A stretch of 64,000 bases of DNA from Candidatus Aminicenantes bacterium (lineage in GTDB: Bacteria > Acidobacteriota > Aminicenantia > Aminicenantales > Saccharicenantaceae), in assembly GCA_963773685.1 (NCBI GenBank), contig CAVZBY010000011.1, positions 469,532-533,531 of the forward strand, given 5' to 3'. Made by a program: the position numbers and the translations under genes. Position 1 is the stretch's first letter. Every line of letters starts with the position of its first letter. Below the pieces are notes generated by a model, which had not been told where the DNA came from, did not search any database, and worked only from the letters and a program-made list of their open reading frames with translations. Positions 36,682 to 46,359 of the stretch are shown here, in pieces.

Positions 36682-38148
36682 ATGCTGGAACGCGACATCA
36701 GGGAAGGGTTGACCTTCGATGACGTCCTCATCGTCCCGGCCGCGTCCGACGTGAACCCCGCGGAGGCGGAGGTCGGAACCCGCCTCAGCCGGCATATCCC
36801 TCTCTGCGTTCCGGTCATCAGCTCGGCCATGGACACCGTGACGGCCTCGCGCATGGCCATCGCCATGGCCCAGCAGGGCGGCCTGGGGATCATCCACCGC
36901 AACATGTCCGTCGAGCTCCAGGCCGAAGAGGTGGACAAGGTCAAACGCCATGAGAGCGGCATGATCGTCGACCCCATCACGATGCGGCCCGAGGAGAAGA
37001 TCGAGAAGGCCATCGAGGTCATGAAGAAATACCGCATCTCGGGCCTCCCCGTCACGGACGCGGACAACAAGCTCGTCGGCATCGTCACCAACCGGGACAT
37101 CCGGTTCGAGACCCGGCTGAGCACACCGGTTGCCAAGGTCATGACCCGGAAGCTCATCACCGTCCCCATCGGGACGTCCCTCGAAGAGGCCGAGAAGCTC
37201 TTCCACGAGCACAAGATCGAGAAGATCATGATGGTGGACGAGCACTACCGCCTGAAGGGGCTCATCACCTACAAGGACATCCTCAAGCGGACCCAATACC
37301 CGGGCGCGGCCAAGGACCCCCTCGGCCGACTGCGGGTGGGGGCGGCGGTCGGCGTCGGCGCGGATACCCTCAAGCGGGTCCAGGCGCTCGTCGAGGCCAA
37401 GTGCGACGTCCTTGTCGTCGACAACGCCCACGGCCACTCGCAACGGGTCCTGGATACGATCCGCCTGATCCGGAAGGAGTGCCCCGACCAGGAGCTCGTC
37501 GCCGGGAACATCGGGACCGCCGAGGCCGCCAGGGCGCTCGTCGACCTGGGCGTCGACGCCGTCAAGGTCGGCGTCGGGCCGGGCTCCATTTGCACGACCC
37601 GGGTCATCACGGGGGCCGGCATCCCCCAGATCACGGCCATCTCCGAGGTCTTCAAGGTCACGGGCCCGAAGGGCATCCCCCTCATCGCCGACGGCGGCAT
37701 CAAGTTCTCCGGGGACATCGCCAAGGCCATCGCCGCCGGAGCCGATTCCGTCATGCTGGGCAATCTCCTGGCGGGGACGGACGAGGCCCCGGGCGAGGTC
37801 GTCATGTACCAGGGACGGGCCTACAAGACGTACAGGGGCATGGGCTCCCTCGAGGCCATGAAGGAAGGCCAGAGCCGGGACCGCTACTTCCAGGATATGG
37901 TCCCCGCCGACGCCAAGCTCGTCCCCGAGGGCATCGAGGGCCGCGTCCCCTACAAGGGCAGCGCCACGGCCATCGTCCAGATGCTCGTCGGCGGGCTCAA
38001 GGCGGGCATGGGCTATGCCGGATGCCGGACGATCCCCGAGCTCCAGGCGAAAGCCCGGTTCATCAAGATCACCCAAGCCAGCCTCAAGGAAAGCCACGTC
38101 CACGACGTGGTCATCACGAAGGAAGCTCCCAACTATCACCAGGAGTGA
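36682..38148 (+). CDS. guaB: IMP dehydrogenase
   Basis: 488 aa with [10 protein letters not shown], a CBS pair, the catalytic loop [12 protein letters not shown], and [12 protein letters not shown]. Confidence 0.95.
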   Translation: MLERDIREGLTFDDVLIVPAASDVNPAEAEVGTRLSRHIPLCVPVISSAMDTVTASRMAIAMAQQGGLGIIHRNMSVELQAEEVDKVKRHESGMIVDPITMRPEEKIEKAIEVMKKYRISGLPVTDADNKLVGIVTNRDIRFETRLSTPVAKVMTRKLITVPIGTSLEEAEKLFHEHKIEKIMMVDEHYRLKGLITYKDILKRTQYPGAAKDPLGRLRVGAAVGVGADTLKRVQALVEAKCDVLVVDNAHGHSQRVLDTIRLIRKECPDQELVAGNIGTAEAARALVDLGVDAVKVGVGPGSICTTRVITGAGIPQITAISEVFKVTGPKGIPLIADGGIKFSGDIAKAIAAGADSVMLGNLLAGTDEAPGEVVMYQGRAYKTYRGMGSLEAMKEGQSRDRYFQDMVPADAKLVPEGIEGRVPYKGSATAIVQMLVGGLKAGMGYAGCRTIPELQAKARFIKITQASLKESHVHDVVITKEAPNYHQE

Positions 38149-38166
38149 CCCGAAAAGGAGGCCCTG

Positions 38167-38583
38167 ATGTCTCTCGGAACGATCAAGATCATCATCGCCA
38201 TCGCCCTGGTGTCGGTGGGGATCGCCGCGTTCGTGAGCCAGATGCTCCGGATGGGGCGGCCCGGAAGGGAGGGCGACCCCGACAAGCTCCTGAGGTTCCA
38301 CAGATGGGCCGGACGCCTCTTCCTCGTCCTGCTCGTTCCGCTCGCCTTCCTGGGCGCGAAATTCTGGATCTCGGCCGGGGATTCCCTATCCCTGAGGGCG
38401 GGGTTTCACGTCGTTCTGGCCCTCTCCCTTCTCGTCGTCGTCCTGATCAAGTACCTGACCGTCCGCGCCTACCGGGGCTTCCTGAGAATGGCCCCGACGC
38501 TGGGCATGACGATCTTCGCCCTGATGCTGCTCGTCTTCGCCCTGTCGGCCGTCTTCGCCGGCCTGATGCTCATCTCAAGATAG
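38167..38583 (+). CDS. hypothetical four-TM membrane protein
   Basis: 138 aa with four hydrophobic segments and GC3-biased codon use. No family motif recognised. Confidence 0.5.
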   Translation: MSLGTIKIIIAIALVSVGIAAFVSQMLRMGRPGREGDPDKLLRFHRWAGRLFLVLLVPLAFLGAKFWISAGDSLSLRAGFHVVLALSLLVVVLIKYLTVRAYRGFLRMAPTLGMTIFALMLLVFALSAVFAGLMLISR

Positions 38584-38940
38584 GGGCTTCGCGCCCTTGA
38601 TCCGGTTCTTCCCGTCCACGAGGACCGCCTTGGGCATGAAGAATTCGAGCTCGTCGTCGTCGAGGAGGGCGTAGGCGGCGATGATGACCTTGTCCCCTTT
38701 CCCGGCCTTGTGGGCCGCCGCCCCGTAGATCGCCACGGTACCCGAGCCCTTTTCGGCCTTGATCAGGTATGTCGAAAACCGCTCTCCCGTCGTGACATTG
38801 TAAACGTCCACTTTCTGATAGGGATGCAGGTCCGCCGCTTTCATCAGGTCCTCGTCGAGGCCCAGGCTTCCCTCGTAATTCAGATCGGCCGCCGTTACGG
38901 TGGCCCGATGGATCTTTCCCGTCATAAATTCTCTTTTCAT
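38575..38940 (-). CDS. panD: aspartate 1-decarboxylase
   Basis: 121 aa with KIHRATVTAADLNYEGSLGLDEDLM (the G-S self-cleavage site) and an ATGA overlap with panC. The track's 364-aa ORF is an upstream open-frame extension. Confidence 0.9.
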   Translation of the reverse strand: MKREFMTGKIHRATVTAADLNYEGSLGLDEDLMKAADLHPYQKVDVYNVTTGERFSTYLIKAEKGSGTVAIYGAAAHKAGKGDKVIIAAYALLDDDELEFFMPKAVLVDGKNRIKGAKPLS

Positions 38941-39797
38941 GATCTGCTTTCCTTTCGCAGGATACGGACGTTGTCGATGAGCCGCGTCCGGCCGATGTGA
39001 ACGGCCATGGCGATCAGGGCCTCCCCGTCGATGCGGTCGAGAGGGCGGAGGCTCACGGGGTCGACGACCGCGACGTAATCGAGGCGGGCCCGCGGCTCGC
39101 CCGCGACGGCTTCTTTGATCCTGTCGGAGACCGCGCCCGCGGCCCTTTCCCCCGCCTCGATCATTCGACGGGCGTCGGCCAGACTTCGCGACAGGACAAG
39201 GGCGGCCTTCCGCTCTTCCGCCGACAGATAGCTGTTCCGCGAGCTCAGGGCCAGGCCATCCGCGTCGCGGACCAGGGGCAGAGCTTCGACGCGGACGTCC
39301 AGATCGAGATCGGCGGCCATCCTCCTCAGGATGATGACCTGCTGGGCGTCCTTCCAGCCGAAGTAGGCCGCGTCGGGCCTGGCGATGTTGAAGAGCTTGA
39401 GGACGACGGTGCAGACGCCGCGGAAGTGACCCGGCCGGGAGCGGCCGCAGAGCCTGTCTTCGAGGTCCTCCACGGTGACGTACGTCCGATAGCCCTCGGG
39501 ATACATATCGGAGGGCTCGGGATGGAAGACATAATCGACCCCTTCCTTCTCGAGCAATCCGGCGTCCCGGTCGAAGTTCCTCGGATAGGACCCGAGGTCC
39601 TCCTTCGGGCCGAACTGGGCGGGGTTGACGAAGATGGAGACGACGGTGACGTCGGATTTCGCCCGACATTCGCGGACGAGGCTGAGGTGGCCTTCATGAA
39701 GGGAACCCATGGTCGGAACGAGGCCGATCCGCTTCCCGAGCGCCCGGATCTCCCGGGAAAGGGCCTTCATTTCAGCGACCGTCCGGATGGTCTTCAT
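38937..39797 (-). CDS. panC: pantoate--beta-alanine ligase
   Basis: 286 aa with GLVPTMGSLHEGHLSLV (HIGH-type motif) and FGWKDAQQ. Confidence 0.9.
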   Translation of the reverse strand: MKTIRTVAEMKALSREIRALGKRIGLVPTMGSLHEGHLSLVRECRAKSDVTVVSIFVNPAQFGPKEDLGSYPRNFDRDAGLLEKEGVDYVFHPEPSDMYPEGYRTYVTVEDLEDRLCGRSRPGHFRGVCTVVLKLFNIARPDAAYFGWKDAQQVIILRRMAADLDLDVRVEALPLVRDADGLALSSRNSYLSAEERKAALVLSRSLADARRMIEAGERAAGAVSDRIKEAVAGEPRARLDYVAVVDPVSLRPLDRIDGEALIAMAVHIGRTRLIDNVRILRKESRS

Positions 39798-40690
39798 CGC
39801 GCGCCCCGCTTCGTTCCCCGGGCGCTCGCGCGACCGAGCCCCGCAACGATCCGGCCGGCTTCGGCGGGCTTGAGGTGATAGGACGTCGCGTCGTCGGGGA
39901 ACGAGCCCTTCCGGACGTCGTCCGCATAGGCGCGGACCGCCGTGCCGATGACCGAATCGAGGTCCGCGTACCGGCGGACGAACTTCGGGAGGTATCCCGT
40001 CGCGTAGCCCATCATGTCATGGAAGACCAGGACCTGGCCGTCGCAGTGCGGCCCGGCTCCGATGCCGATGGTCGGGATGTCGAGCCGCGAGGTGACCTCG
40101 CGGGCGATCTCCAGCGGCACCGATTCCAGGACGACGGAGAACGCGCCGGCCCTTTCGAGGTCCCTGGCCCCCGCAAGGATCTTCCGGGCTTCCCCGAGGG
40201 TCGTCCCCCGGACCTTGTAGGAACCCAGGCCGCAGATGGATTGGGGGGTCAACCCGACGTGTCCCATGACCGGGATCTCGGCCTCGACGAGGGCTTCGAC
40301 GGTCTTCAGCCGCCTCGCGGAGGCCCCCTCGATCTTGACCCCTCCGGCCCCGGCCTCCTTGAGAAAGCGGGCCGCGTTCCGGACGGAGTCCTCCTCCGAC
40401 AGATGGAAGGAGAGATAGGGCATGTCGGCGACGACCAGGGCGCGCCGGGCCGCCCGGGCCACGGCTTTCGTGTGGTGGAGCATGTCCTCCATGGTCACGG
40501 GCACGGTGCTTCCGTGACCGAGGACGACCATGCCCAGGGAATCGCCGACGAGGAGGACGTCGATGCCTCCGTCGTCGAGGATGCGGGCCGTGGGGAAGTC
40601 ATAGGCAGTCAGGACCGCGATCCTGGTCCCGGACGCCTTCAAGGCGCGGAGCGAAGGCGCGGTCACTCTGGGGGAATCCTGTCCGGACAT
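39794..40690 (-). CDS. panB: 3-methyl-2-oxobutanoate hydroxymethyltransferase
   Basis: An ATG at 40690 has a GGAGAAAGG RBS. It has LTAYDFPTARIL, LVGDSLGMVVLGH, and GVKIEGA. The alternative GTG at 40711 is less supported. Confidence 0.9.
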   Translation of the reverse strand: MSGQDSPRVTAPSLRALKASGTRIAVLTAYDFPTARILDDGGIDVLLVGDSLGMVVLGHGSTVPVTMEDMLHHTKAVARAARRALVVADMPYLSFHLSEEDSVRNAARFLKEAGAGGVKIEGASARRLKTVEALVEAEIPVMGHVGLTPQSICGLGSYKVRGTTLGEARKILAGARDLERAGAFSVVLESVPLEIAREVTSRLDIPTIGIGAGPHCDGQVLVFHDMMGYATGYLPKFVRRYADLDSVIGTAVRAYADDVRKGSFPDDATSYHLKPAEAGRIVAGLGRASARGTKRGAR

Positions 40691-40801
40691 GTTGCGTTCC
40701 TTTCTCCCCACCCCGCCTTGCGGGGTTGAGGTAAAGTCTCCTCGTCTCGTTCCTCGGGAGTCGCGGCACCCGAAAGGGTGTCCACGCTCCCTTCTATTGT
40801 A

Positions 40802-41469
40802 TCATTTTTTCGGCGGCTTGGCCCCGAAGCTTTGCGGGACGTAATAGAGGCTGCCCTTCTTCATCTGCCGGACCTGCTCGAGGAGATCGTCGACGTCGTC
40901 CTCCCGGTCGAGGTCCAGGTCGTCGGCCTTGACGACGAGGAGCGGGGCGGCCTGATAATTGAAGAAGAAATAATCGAAGGCCTCGACGATATCCTCGAGG
41001 TACTTCTCGGAGATGTTCTTCTCCGTCGGGTCCCCTTCCCGGGCGATCCGGCGGACGAGCGTCGGCACGGAGATCTGGAGGTAGATGACGAGGTCCGGCT
41101 TGGGAACGCGCTCGGCGAGGATGCCGTAGATCTTGTCATAGACGAGCAGCTCGTCGTCGGAGAGCGTCTGGTAGGCGTAGATCTTGTCCTTCTCGAACAG
41201 GTAATCGCAGATGAGCCGCTCGACGAACAGGTCCCGCTGGAAGAGGCGGACCTGCTGGTGGTAACGGTTGGCCAGGAAGACGAGCTGTGCCAGGAAGGCC
41301 GCGCCCTCCTTCTCCGCGTAGAATTCCTTCAGGTACGGGTTGCCGACATGGTCGAGGACCAGCTTCCCCCCGCGCGCTGGGCCAGGACGCTTGCCAGGCG
41401 GCCCTTGCGGGACTTGAAGACGCCCTCGACGGCGATGTGCTTGAAGGGCAGATCGACGGTATTCCTCAT
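40802..41469 (-). pseudogene. deoxynucleoside-kinase-family gene needing a 1-nt frame correction in a C6 run; degenerate P-loop
   Basis: From the ATG at 41469 the frame reads MRNTVDLPFKHIAVEGVFKSRKGRLASVLAQRAGG and then runs out of frame at C6 (41366-41371). The track ORF frame continues KLVLDHVGNPYLKEFY..FVERLICDYLF..LVRRIAREGDPTEKNI. Together they align to the dNK pattern IAxEGxxGxGKT..ENPxLxxFY, but the Walker A is GVFKSRKG. Confidence 0.6.
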
Positions 41470-41525
41470 GTACGGTCCCGCAAACTGACTTGTTTATATC
41501 CGATAAAACGTGACAAGTCAACGCG

Positions 41526-41726
41526 CTATTTCTCGACGGCCTCCAGGGGGACGACGATCCAGGCGATGACGTAGAAGAGAAGCATCGGCAGGACGGCCGT
41601 GACGAGGGCCAGCCCGACGAAGATCAGCCGGACGAGGGACGGATCGATGTCGAAATAGTCGGCGAGCCCGGCGCAGACCCCGCCGAGCATCTTCCGGCTC
41701 AAAGACCTGGTCAGCTTCTTGGCCAT
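41526..41726 (-). CDS. PspC-domain membrane protein
   Basis: 66 aa. [33 protein letters not shown] followed by one TM segment is the canonical PspC domain. Confidence 0.75.
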   Translation of the reverse strand: [66 protein letters not shown]

Positions 41727-41742
41727 GGGTGCCTCCTTGGAC

Positions 41743-43731
41743 CTAGATGTTGATACGGATGGGGAGAATAACCGTTGTGATCCCCCGCCAGCGGAGCTCC
41801 TGCTGAATAGCGAACGCCGTCTCGTTGTGGAGCAGCCTGTGGAGGAGGTTGGGCTGGCGGAAGACGGACTGCCCGGCGAAGACGGTCGAATGCGGGAACT
41901 CCCGGGACGCCTTCTCGCACAGCTCGACGGCCGTATGGACGATATCGGTCCCGATGTCGAACCTCGAGGTCGCGGTGAACCCCAGCTTCCGGGCCAGCTC
42001 GACGTACTTGGCGAGGTCGCAGGTCGTGCAGTGGGTCAGCGACTGGACCGAGTCCTGGGCCTTGAACGCGCTGACGTCCATTTCGGAGACCGACACGAAA
42101 ACGAAGTTCTTGTAGAGGCCGGGGAAGCTCCGGATGATCGAAAGGAACGTGTGGACCCCGAACCCGTTGTAGCTGTTGACCAGCTGGATGGCGGTCATGC
42201 TCTTCGGATCGACCGGGGCCGTGTTGACCGGCCCCTTGACGGTTAGGCTCGTCAGGAGTTCGTCGAGCTCGCGCACGCCGCCACGAACCTTGGCGTAATG
42301 GGCCCGGGTCAGATAGCAGAGGAAGATGACGACCGCCGTAATGCACAGGGTCAGCCAGCCGCCGACCAGGAACTTCTCGAAGGCCATGATGATGAGGATG
42401 GTCAGGCATACGGTCAGCCCGGTCAGGTGGACGGGCAGATGTTTCTTCCATTCCTTCTCCTTTTTCCGGTTCTTGATGAAGAACCGGGACATCCCGAGTT
42501 CGGACAGGGAGAAGGTCAAAAAGACGTTGATGGAATACATAACGACGAGCGTCTGGAGGCTGCCCCGGGCGTACAGAAGGAGGAGCACGGACGCCCCGCC
42601 CATGAGCAGGACACCGTTCTGGATGGTGAACCGGTCAGAGAGCGAGGCGAAGCGGCGAGGGAACCAGTAGTCCAAGGCCATATTGGCCATGACCCGCGGC
42701 CCATCCGTGAACCCGGCCTGGGCCGCGACGAGAAGAAGCGCTCCTTCCGAGAAGATGGTGACGAGGGCCAGGAGGGGTCCGAACCCCCATCCCTGGTAGA
42801 GGGTCGAGGCAAGGACGGCATTGAGGGTCTTGCCGGAAATGGGCGCGACACCGAGAAGAAGATAGCAGATGAGGATGCCCCCCGCCGTGAAGCCCAGCGA
42901 CGTCGAGAGGTAAAGCATGGTCTTCTTGCCGTTGTGGACCCTCGGTTCCCGGAGGATCTGGAGTCCGTTGGAGACGGCCTCGATCCCGGTGAACGTCCCG
43001 GCGCCCATGGAGAACGCTCTCACGAACAGGAGCGCCAGCCCGCCCATTCCGAGCGTCGCGACTCCTTGGCCAAAGCCTCCACGGATGCCATGAACGACGG
43101 GTATGATCCGGGGGAGATGGGAGAAGACCCCGTAAACGATCATGAAGAGATGCGTCGCCACGAAGACCAGGAAGATGGGAGCCAGAAAGGTCACCGATTC
43201 CCTGATCCCGCGCAGGTTGAGGACGACCAGCATCAGGATGGCCAGGACTTCGAAGGGAAGCTTGTATTGCTGGAATGGGGCGGGGAAGAAACTGAAAATG
43301 GCGTCCCCGCAGGCGACGATGGAAACGGCGATGGTCAGCATGTAATCGACGAGGAGGGCGCAGCCCGAGACGACGCCCGCTTTTTCGCCGAGGGTCTGCG
43401 TCGCGACGATGTAGCCGCCTCCTCCGGAGGGGAAGTACTCAATGATCCGCGAGTACGCATAGGAAATGATGAAGACGGTCAGGGCCGTGGCCAGGGCGAG
43501 GAAGATGGCCAGATACGTGTGTTTGCCAAGGGCCTTGAACGCCTCCTCCGGCCCGTAAGCGGCCGAGGACAGCCCGTCGGCGCCCAGCCCGATCCAGGCG
43601 AGGATGGGGATGAGGGCCAGCTTGTGAAAAAGAGACGGGTCCTTGATGTTCTTGGGCCCGCCGATCAGCGTCCGGCGGACCTTGTCCAGAAGGGAGGGAT
43701 CTTCCCCGGAGGGTTGTGATTCCTGGTTCAT
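41743..43731 (-). CDS. APC-superfamily permease with ~230-aa cytoplasmic C-terminal domain
   Basis: The start is taken at MNQESQ (43731), but upstream in-frame starts exist (43764, 43854). The N-terminal ~430 aa are polytopic with GADGLSSAAYGPEE and GGGGYIVA motifs typical of APC/amino-acid-permease-like transporters. Confidence 0.7.
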   Translation of the reverse strand: MNQESQPSGEDPSLLDKVRRTLIGGPKNIKDPSLFHKLALIPILAWIGLGADGLSSAAYGPEEAFKALGKHTYLAIFLALATALTVFIISYAYSRIIEYFPSGGGGYIVATQTLGEKAGVVSGCALLVDYMLTIAVSIVACGDAIFSFFPAPFQQYKLPFEVLAILMLVVLNLRGIRESVTFLAPIFLVFVATHLFMIVYGVFSHLPRIIPVVHGIRGGFGQGVATLGMGGLALLFVRAFSMGAGTFTGIEAVSNGLQILREPRVHNGKKTMLYLSTSLGFTAGGILICYLLLGVAPISGKTLNAVLASTLYQGWGFGPLLALVTIFSEGALLLVAAQAGFTDGPRVMANMALDYWFPRRFASLSDRFTIQNGVLLMGGASVLLLLYARGSLQTLVVMYSINVFLTFSLSELGMSRFFIKNRKKEKEWKKHLPVHLTGLTVCLTILIIMAFEKFLVGGWLTLCITAVVIFLCYLTRAHYAKVRGGVRELDELLTSLTVKGPVNTAPVDPKSMTAIQLVNSYNGFGVHTFLSIIRSFPGLYKNFVFVSVSEMDVSAFKAQDSVQSLTHCTTCDLAKYVELARKLGFTATSRFDIGTDIVHTAVELCEKASREFPHSTVFAGQSVFRQPNLLHRLLHNETAFAIQQELRWRGITTVILPIRINI

Positions 43732-43937
43732 CTTCGGTCTGCCTGTATATTTGTCTCTCGACATCCGCGCGGCAAGCGCTCCGCGCACGGCCTCTATTGT
43801 ATGGAAATCCCCCCTTTCGGGCAAGTCAGCCTGACCCTTCGATCCTAGAAGCATCCGGGGTTGACTCCCTTCCCGGCCTCCCGTATGCTATCGGAAGGAC
43901 GCCGCCACGGCGCCCGAAATCAGCTGCGGAGGACCGG

Positions 43938-45777
43938 ATGTACGGTTGGACAGGTCACATTCTCAGGGTCAATCTCACCGACAGGACATTCAAGAAAGAG
44001 AGCTTCAGCGAGGAATTCGCGAAGAAATGGGTCGGCGGCCGCGGTTTCGCCGTCAAGATCCTTTACGACGAGCTCGAGCCGGGGATCGACCCCCTCGGCC
44101 CCGATAATAAGCTCGTCGTGGCCCTGGGTCCCATCGCCGGCATCCCGGCTCCGAACACGGGAAAGGCGGTCGTCGCCGCCAAATCCCCCCTGACCGGCTT
44201 CTACGGGGACGGCAACCTGGGGACCCGGGTCTCGGAACACCTCCGGAAGGCCGGCTATGACGCGCTGATCGTCGAAGGCAAGGCCGACCGCCCGACGCTT
44301 CTCGCCATCGAGGACGACAAGGTCGAGTTCCTTCCGGCCGGGGACGTCTGGGGCAAAGGGACCTATGAAACGAACGACTGGATCTACGCCAAGTACGGAA
44401 AGGGCGTCGGCGTCCTGAACATAGGGCAGGCGGGCGAGAACATGGCCCGCTATGCCGTCGTCCGCAGCCTGGAAGGGCGGGCGGGCGGCCGGCCGGGCAT
44501 CGGCGCGGTCATGGGCTCCAAGCTCCTCAAGGCCATCGTGGTCAAGGGGACGCGCCCCATCCCCCAGGCCGACGCCGCCGGTATGAAGGCCCTCGGCTCC
44601 GGCGACCTCAAGAAGGTCGGCCAGATCGACAAGCAGACGGGATGGTCCATCCAGAGCACCAACGGCGTCCTCGCCTGGTGCAACGAGGTGGCCGGCCTTC
44701 CCGTGCGGAACTTCCGGAAGACCCATCACCCCGACGCCTGGAAGGTCGACGGCGAGCGCCTGAACAACTCCCGAATCGCCACCTACGGCTGTCCGAACTG
44801 CACGATGCGCTGCGGCATCACCATCCACGACCGAGAGGGCCGCGAATCCGAGCTCGACTACGAGAACGTCGGACTCCTCGGCCCGAACCTCGAGATCTTC
44901 GACCTCGACCAGGTCGGCTCGCTGAACTGGCTCTGCGACGAGTACGGCCTGGACACGATGTCGGCCGGATGCGTCCTCAGCTTTTACGCCGACGCCATCG
45001 ACCACGGGGCGGTGAAGGGCGACTTCAAGTTCGGCGACGCCGAAGCGGCCAAGAAGCTCCTCGGCCTCGCCGCCCGCCGCGAAGGCGTCCTGGGCAACCT
45101 CCTCGCCGACGGCTCCCTGCGGATGGCGCGCGCCTTCGGGCACGGCTCCGAGGCCTACGCCATGCAGGTCAAGGGCCTCGAACGTCGCGGCCTACAACTG
45201 CAAGTTCATCCCCGGCCAGGCCCTGGCCTTCGGCGTCGCACCCATGGGCGCCCACCACAAGGAAGCCTGGATCATCACCTTCGAGCTCAAGAACACGACG
45301 CGCGAATCCTACGGTCCCGAGAAGGCGGCCAAGGTCATCGAGCTCCAGCGCATCCGGGGCGGCATGTTCGAGTTCATCGTCTCCTGCCGGTTCCCCTGGA
45401 TCGAGCTCGGCTGGGGCCTCGACAACTATCCCAAGTACTTCAACGCCGTCACCGGCCTCGACTGGAACCTGGACGATATGTGGCGGACCGCCGACCGCCT
45501 CTACGCCATGATCAAGCTCCATTACCTCCGGGAATTCCCGAACGCGACGCGCGAAGGCGACTATCCTCCGGGCGTCTGGTTCGACCCCTCCAACGCCGAC
45601 ACCGAGGGGCCCATCGCCGGCAAGGTCCTGGACCGCGAAAAGTACGACGGTCTCCTCCAGCATTATTACGACCAGCGCGGGTACGACCGCAGGGGGATCC
45701 CGACCTTAGCGACCCTCGAACGGCTCGGTCTTTCGCAGGAGGCGGCGGAAGCCCGGAAGTACGGGAAGCTCGAATGA
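43938..45777 (+). pseudogene. aldehyde:ferredoxin oxidoreductase family (tungstopterin enzyme), interrupted by a +1 frameshift near 45183
   Basis: The ATG at 43938 has a GGAGGA RBS. The N-terminus is MYGWTGHILRVNLTDR..GGRGF..DPLGPDNKLV..GCPNCTMRCG..AMQVKGLE. After one extra base the next frame continues VAAYNCKFIPGQALAFGVAPMGAHHKEAW.. to the TGA at 45777. The total length of 1840 nt is 3n+1. Confidence 0.8.
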
Positions 45778-46001
45778 ATGTCACCATCAAGCTGATCGGG
45801 CCGCTCATCTACGCGGCCGGCTTCAGCGAGAAGGAGATGGAGGTTCCGGAGGCCGTCACCTCGGAGAAGCTCCTCGAGCTCGTGGGGATCGGCCCGGACC
45901 GCCCCCGGATCGTCACCCGGAACGGCAAGGCTGTGGGTCCGGCCGAGACCTTCGCCGAAGGCGACCGGATCGTCATCTCCCCCTTATATTCCGGCGGCTG
46001 A
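45774..46001 (+). CDS. MoaD/ThiS-family sulfur-carrier protein (C-terminal Gly-Gly)
   Basis: 75 aa: MNVTIKLIGPLIYAAG..GDRIVISPLYSGG*. It has an ATGA overlap with the AOR stop. It lies in the same frame as the AOR N-terminal half, which is why the track shows one 761-aa ORF. Confidence 0.7.
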   Translation: MNVTIKLIGPLIYAAGFSEKEMEVPEAVTSEKLLELVGIGPDRPRIVTRNGKAVGPAETFAEGDRIVISPLYSGG

Positions 46002-46077
46002 GGTTTTCCCCCCTTCTAAAAAGAAGGTGCGGGGATCTGTTCTCCCCTTCGGCTTCAGGAGAATATCCCTGCGGCGA

Positions 46078-46359
46078 TCAGCGATAGAGACAAAGATAAG
46101 AGGTATCTTCGGTGACCTTGAGCTGGAACTTGAGGTTCGGGCCGACGGTGAAGGATTCGCCCTTGCGGAAGACCTTCCATCTGTCCGATCCCGGGAGCTT
46201 CACGGTGAGGGCGCCGCTGACGACGGTCATGATCTCCTTCGACGACGTCCCGAATTCATAGTCCCCGGGGGCCATGACGCCGACCGTGGCGGGCCCGTCG
46301 GCCGCGGTGAACGCGAGCGACTTCACCTTTCCGTCGAAATACTCATTGACCTTGAACAT
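46078..46359 (-). CDS. ppnP: pyrimidine/purine nucleoside phosphorylase PpnP (DUF1255 cupin)
   Basis: 93 aa: [17 protein letters not shown]....[32 protein letters not shown] is the family signature. Confidence 0.8.
   Translation of the reverse strand: MFKVNEYFDGKVKSLAFTAADGPATVGVMAPGDYEFGTSSKEIMTVVSGALTVKLPGSDRWKVFRKGESFTVGPNLKFQLKVTEDTSYLCLYR

Noticed and set aside
43716-46001. A single 761-aa ORF spanning AOR and the MoaD-like gene.
   Set aside because: Residues after ..QVKGLE are Arg/Pro/Gly-rich out-of-frame sequence, while the true AOR C-terminal half is in the +1 frame (45184-45777). The last 75 codons are an independent MoaD-like gene with its own ATG and an ATGA coupling to the AOR stop.
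46002-46077. A hairpin CCTTCT-aaaa-AGAAGG between the convergent moaD-like and ppnP genes, considered as a bidirectional terminator.
   Set aside because: The stem is short (6 bp) and AT-containing, with no U-tract on either strand. The evidence is insufficient.
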